Positions 61,169-64,000 of a stretch of 64,000 nucleotides of DNA are shown piece by piece. Both the position numbers and the translations under genes were made by a program. Origin of the DNA: Mytilus edulis. Taxonomy: Eukaryota. How positions within the stretch are numbered: position 1 is the first letter of the stretch; every line of letters begins with the position of its first letter. The stretch lies in the NCBI RefSeq assembly GCF_963676685.1, contig NC_092344.1:45446001-45510000 (forward strand). Reading direction: 5' to 3'. The notes beneath the pieces were generated by a model, which worked only from the letters and a program-made list of their open reading frames with translations, was not told the origin of the DNA and searched no databases.

Positions 61169-64000
61169 TTATAATGAGAAAAGTGACGATGAGGGTGAAT
61201 CAACGTTCATTGAATCCGATTGCATTATTACACTGGCAATACTTGATGTTGTAATATCTTGTGCGCATGTAACAGGTGGAGCAGAATGTGCTCTTATAGG
61301 TTCAATGTCTGCTTGAGTTTTAGACCGGTTTTGCAGAAAGGCGACGTCCTGTCCAGGTAGCTGATATTGCTGCTGCCATGCAGGTAGGTACCCAACATTA
61401 CTTGATTGATTACAGAAGCTGCCCATGGGAACATCCAATGCAGATTGTTGACCAGTGAATCCCTGCAACAACAAAAAACATGACCATATAAACAAGTTTG
61501 ATCAACTGTGTATCATCGGCGTTGGAATTAGGTACTAGAACTGGGGTTATGCGGGGTTTCAAGGAAGGATAATTAACATAACTGTACGGGGTACTGTTGC
61601 CTTGTTCGGTAATGCCGATTTCTTAAAGATAAATAAATCCCAGTTCCTAAGTCAAGGATACACAGCAGTGGCGGATTCAGGGGGGGCATAGAGGGCGTAC
61701 GCCTCCTTTATTTGTACTTTTTCCCCCCTTTTTACGTGATTTTAGCCACAAAAAAAACAATTTCGCCTCGCTCCGCTCGCCAACAAAATATAGTCTACGC
61801 CCCTTTCTAAATTCCTGGATCCAATTCTGTAACCATATCGTTTTAATATACGTAGTATATATAAATATATATATATATATGACCGGACGCATGACAATTT
61901 CAAAATGCAGCAATTACCTGAGAGTAATTACAACACGAGGCATCCAAAATAGCAGGTGAACTAAAGAAATGTGTATTTCGAAACATGTTCTGACCTTGCA
62001 GTCTTAACACAATACTAGTACTAGTAAATAATATGTGAATAATATACCTGCAGTTGCTGAAGACGTTGTTTATCACGGCTGCGTAGCTCCTTACTTTCCT
62101 TTTGAAATCTGTCCAATAGATCCATACTCTCTCTTTTAAACCTGAAAGCAAAAATTTGATATAAATTCATTTAAAAAGTGAGAATCAATATCATATTAAT
62201 GTAAAATATAGCTATAATGGATTATTTTTGATACATCTCATTCTTTTGAGAAAGTGTGAGGAAAATAATTGAAAACGAATCATACTGAAGTTTGATAAAC
62301 ACCAATCTTTACATATAATATTTTTGCAAAGTTTCATGAAAATCTCTCAATCAATAACTTCAAAGTTTCATTTCAAAACGGCTTAACTTAAAAACGAAGT
62401 TTTCGATATATCTTAACATTACACTAACTGTCTTGTAAAAGCTCTCTGTTTAGTACTCAACAATTGAGCAAAGTTTCAATAAAAATTATGGATTCGTTTT
62501 TAAATGACTACTTGGTAACAGTCGATGACGGACGGACAGATGGACAAGCGGACGAAAGAGCACACAGACAGGCAATACGCAGACGAACGGACACTCAACC
62601 AAACGTTTTTTACGAAGGGTATTACACAATGCCTTGCGACTTCGTGTGGCGGGGTATAAAAACTAATGTCATTACCATAGCGTATCATCGGACACAGGAT
62701 GTTGGTACCAGGCTTAAACGATTTGTATGGTGTTCAATTTTAAAGCTGCTACAGTACATCAAAAAGTTGTTGCACTGCACCGTGGAGTTATGTTTTTCCT
62801 CCTAAAAAATCAGAATAGACCCTCTGCTCGATGATACACGATTTTTATATAGCGTATTCGGTCGTGTATAATACACATTCATCAAGTAACAAAACATTAA
62901 CATACAAAAGCATAGCATACCTCCCCCACAATCTGTCGTCAATACCTGGAAGAATGCTGACCATCCAATGTCCCCAGTTCTGCCTTTCGGGTGTCATGTC
63001 CGCGTGACTAGCCAGCTTAGCCTGCACTTGTTTCTGTAATTCAGAAGACTGTTTTATTGCTTCCTGGGTGTCTTTTTCAACTGGAGATTGCATCTTCTGG
63101 TATTTCTTTTTCGTTTTTGTTGTAACTATAGGAGAGGGAATATCTATTGTGCTGGACGTCTCCTCAAGATTACATTGCGATCTAAAGAAAAAAAAACCGA
63201 TGAAAGTTGTATTTTTTGTTCTAAACAATACAAAAAGACACCCTATCTCTACTACTACGGTGGGTTTTGAACGACCTTGACTGGCTTGACACCCTATCTC
63301 ATAACAAGAAAACAAGAAATTCTGGAAGCACAATCAATCCGATACAATTACTTTTAACTGAAAAGTATTTACAAATGTAAGTGTGATGGACGGACGGACG
63401 GACGGACGGACCAAAACATTATAATAAGTCCTGATGTGAAGATATAGTTTCAATTTAACTAATTATACAAAGAAGTAAATGGTTACTGACCTTCTTTCAT
63501 CGTCTTCTTGACTTTCCTCTTCGTCCTCATGTTCACTGGGAGAATCGACGCAAGCATCTGTTCCGTATTTTGCCTTGAGTTTCTCTTTCAGCTGAAATAT
63601 TCAGACATAATCGGAACATAATTTATGTATTCGTACAAGATATATCGAGATAAAGTCAAACGTTTGAAATGAAACAGCTGTAAAATGAATTTCGTAGAAT
63701 CAGAACATTAAGTATCATTTAGAAAAAGAAAAAAGGTACGGGAATTCAACAAAGGAAATAACAATAAAAGGTAAAAAAAGTGAACTGAAATATTAAGTAA
63801 TAGAAAACTGTATTGCACACGTTTATTCCTCCTCTGGTTTCTATTCTGGCAATATGTGGACCCAAGAAGCCAAATTTTTCTTTGATCCATTTGTCTCTTT
63901 GAGTATCATCTTTTCTGCCTGAACCAGATTTATTGCCTTCTCGTGTCAGTCTTCCGAGCTGAGATCTCATTGACTCAACCCATGTCCTGAGAGTCTTCCA
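61169..64000 (-). CDS. Harbinger ORF2, spliced MADF/Myb-SANT-like DNA-binding protein (3' part)
   Basis: Phase-compatible exons: >64000-63821 (WKTLRTWVESMRSQLGRLTREGNKSGSG...KWIKEKFGFLGPHI), 63591-63491 (acidic), 63181-62921, 62141-62048, 61462-61169 (Q/S/P-rich, stop). The KSGSG...W...F.FL motif is typical of the end of MADF-type domains. An extra exon near 61918-61989 is possible. Confidence 0.72.
62325..62662. repeat. Degenerate HINE/pearl-like fragment in a Harbinger ORF2 intron
   Basis: gcaaagtttca repeats, (GGAC)n tract, terminal gcggggtataaaaa. A second (GGAC)n tract is at 63387-63411. Confidence 0.55.

Larger units (their letters stand above)
58507..64000. mobile_element. PIF/Harbinger DNA transposon (left end, transposase, convergent DNA-binding ORF); right end beyond window
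   Basis: Terminus taa|GCCCCAGTAACACTGTCACGTTT, ACGTA-rich subterminal region 58520-59080, a DDE transposase and an oppositely oriented second ORF, as established for Harbinger. Confidence 0.88.

Overview
This is AT-rich, intron-containing animal DNA, not prokaryotic. The gene content and repeat landscape suggest a bivalve mollusc, probably a Mytilus-type mussel (inference). Most entries in the ORF track are noise, so genes were rebuilt by hand from GT-AG exons with matching phases. Contents: (1) the 5' part (signal peptide + VIT domain, 5 exons) of an inter-alpha-trypsin inhibitor heavy chain-like gene on the minus strand, running off the window start; (2) a tandem cluster of three intact six-exon fibrinogen-related (FReD/FREP) lectin genes A, B and C on the plus strand, where B looks like a C/A chimera from unequal crossing-over and A has a duplicated, identical exon 2; (3) a PIF/Harbinger transposon (frameshifted transposase plus a convergent spliced MADF/Myb-like ORF) and non-autonomous relatives; (4) a 5'-truncated CR1/L2-group LINE with its TSD, a decayed Merlin/ISXO2 transposase, and hAT, Kolobok-like, Helentron/HINE-like and SINE-type repeats; (5) a dispersed retrozyme/Penelope-type repeat carrying type I hammerhead ribozymes. 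All four intact-core hammerheads lie in lectin introns antisense to the host gene, while sense-oriented copies are mutated or truncated.
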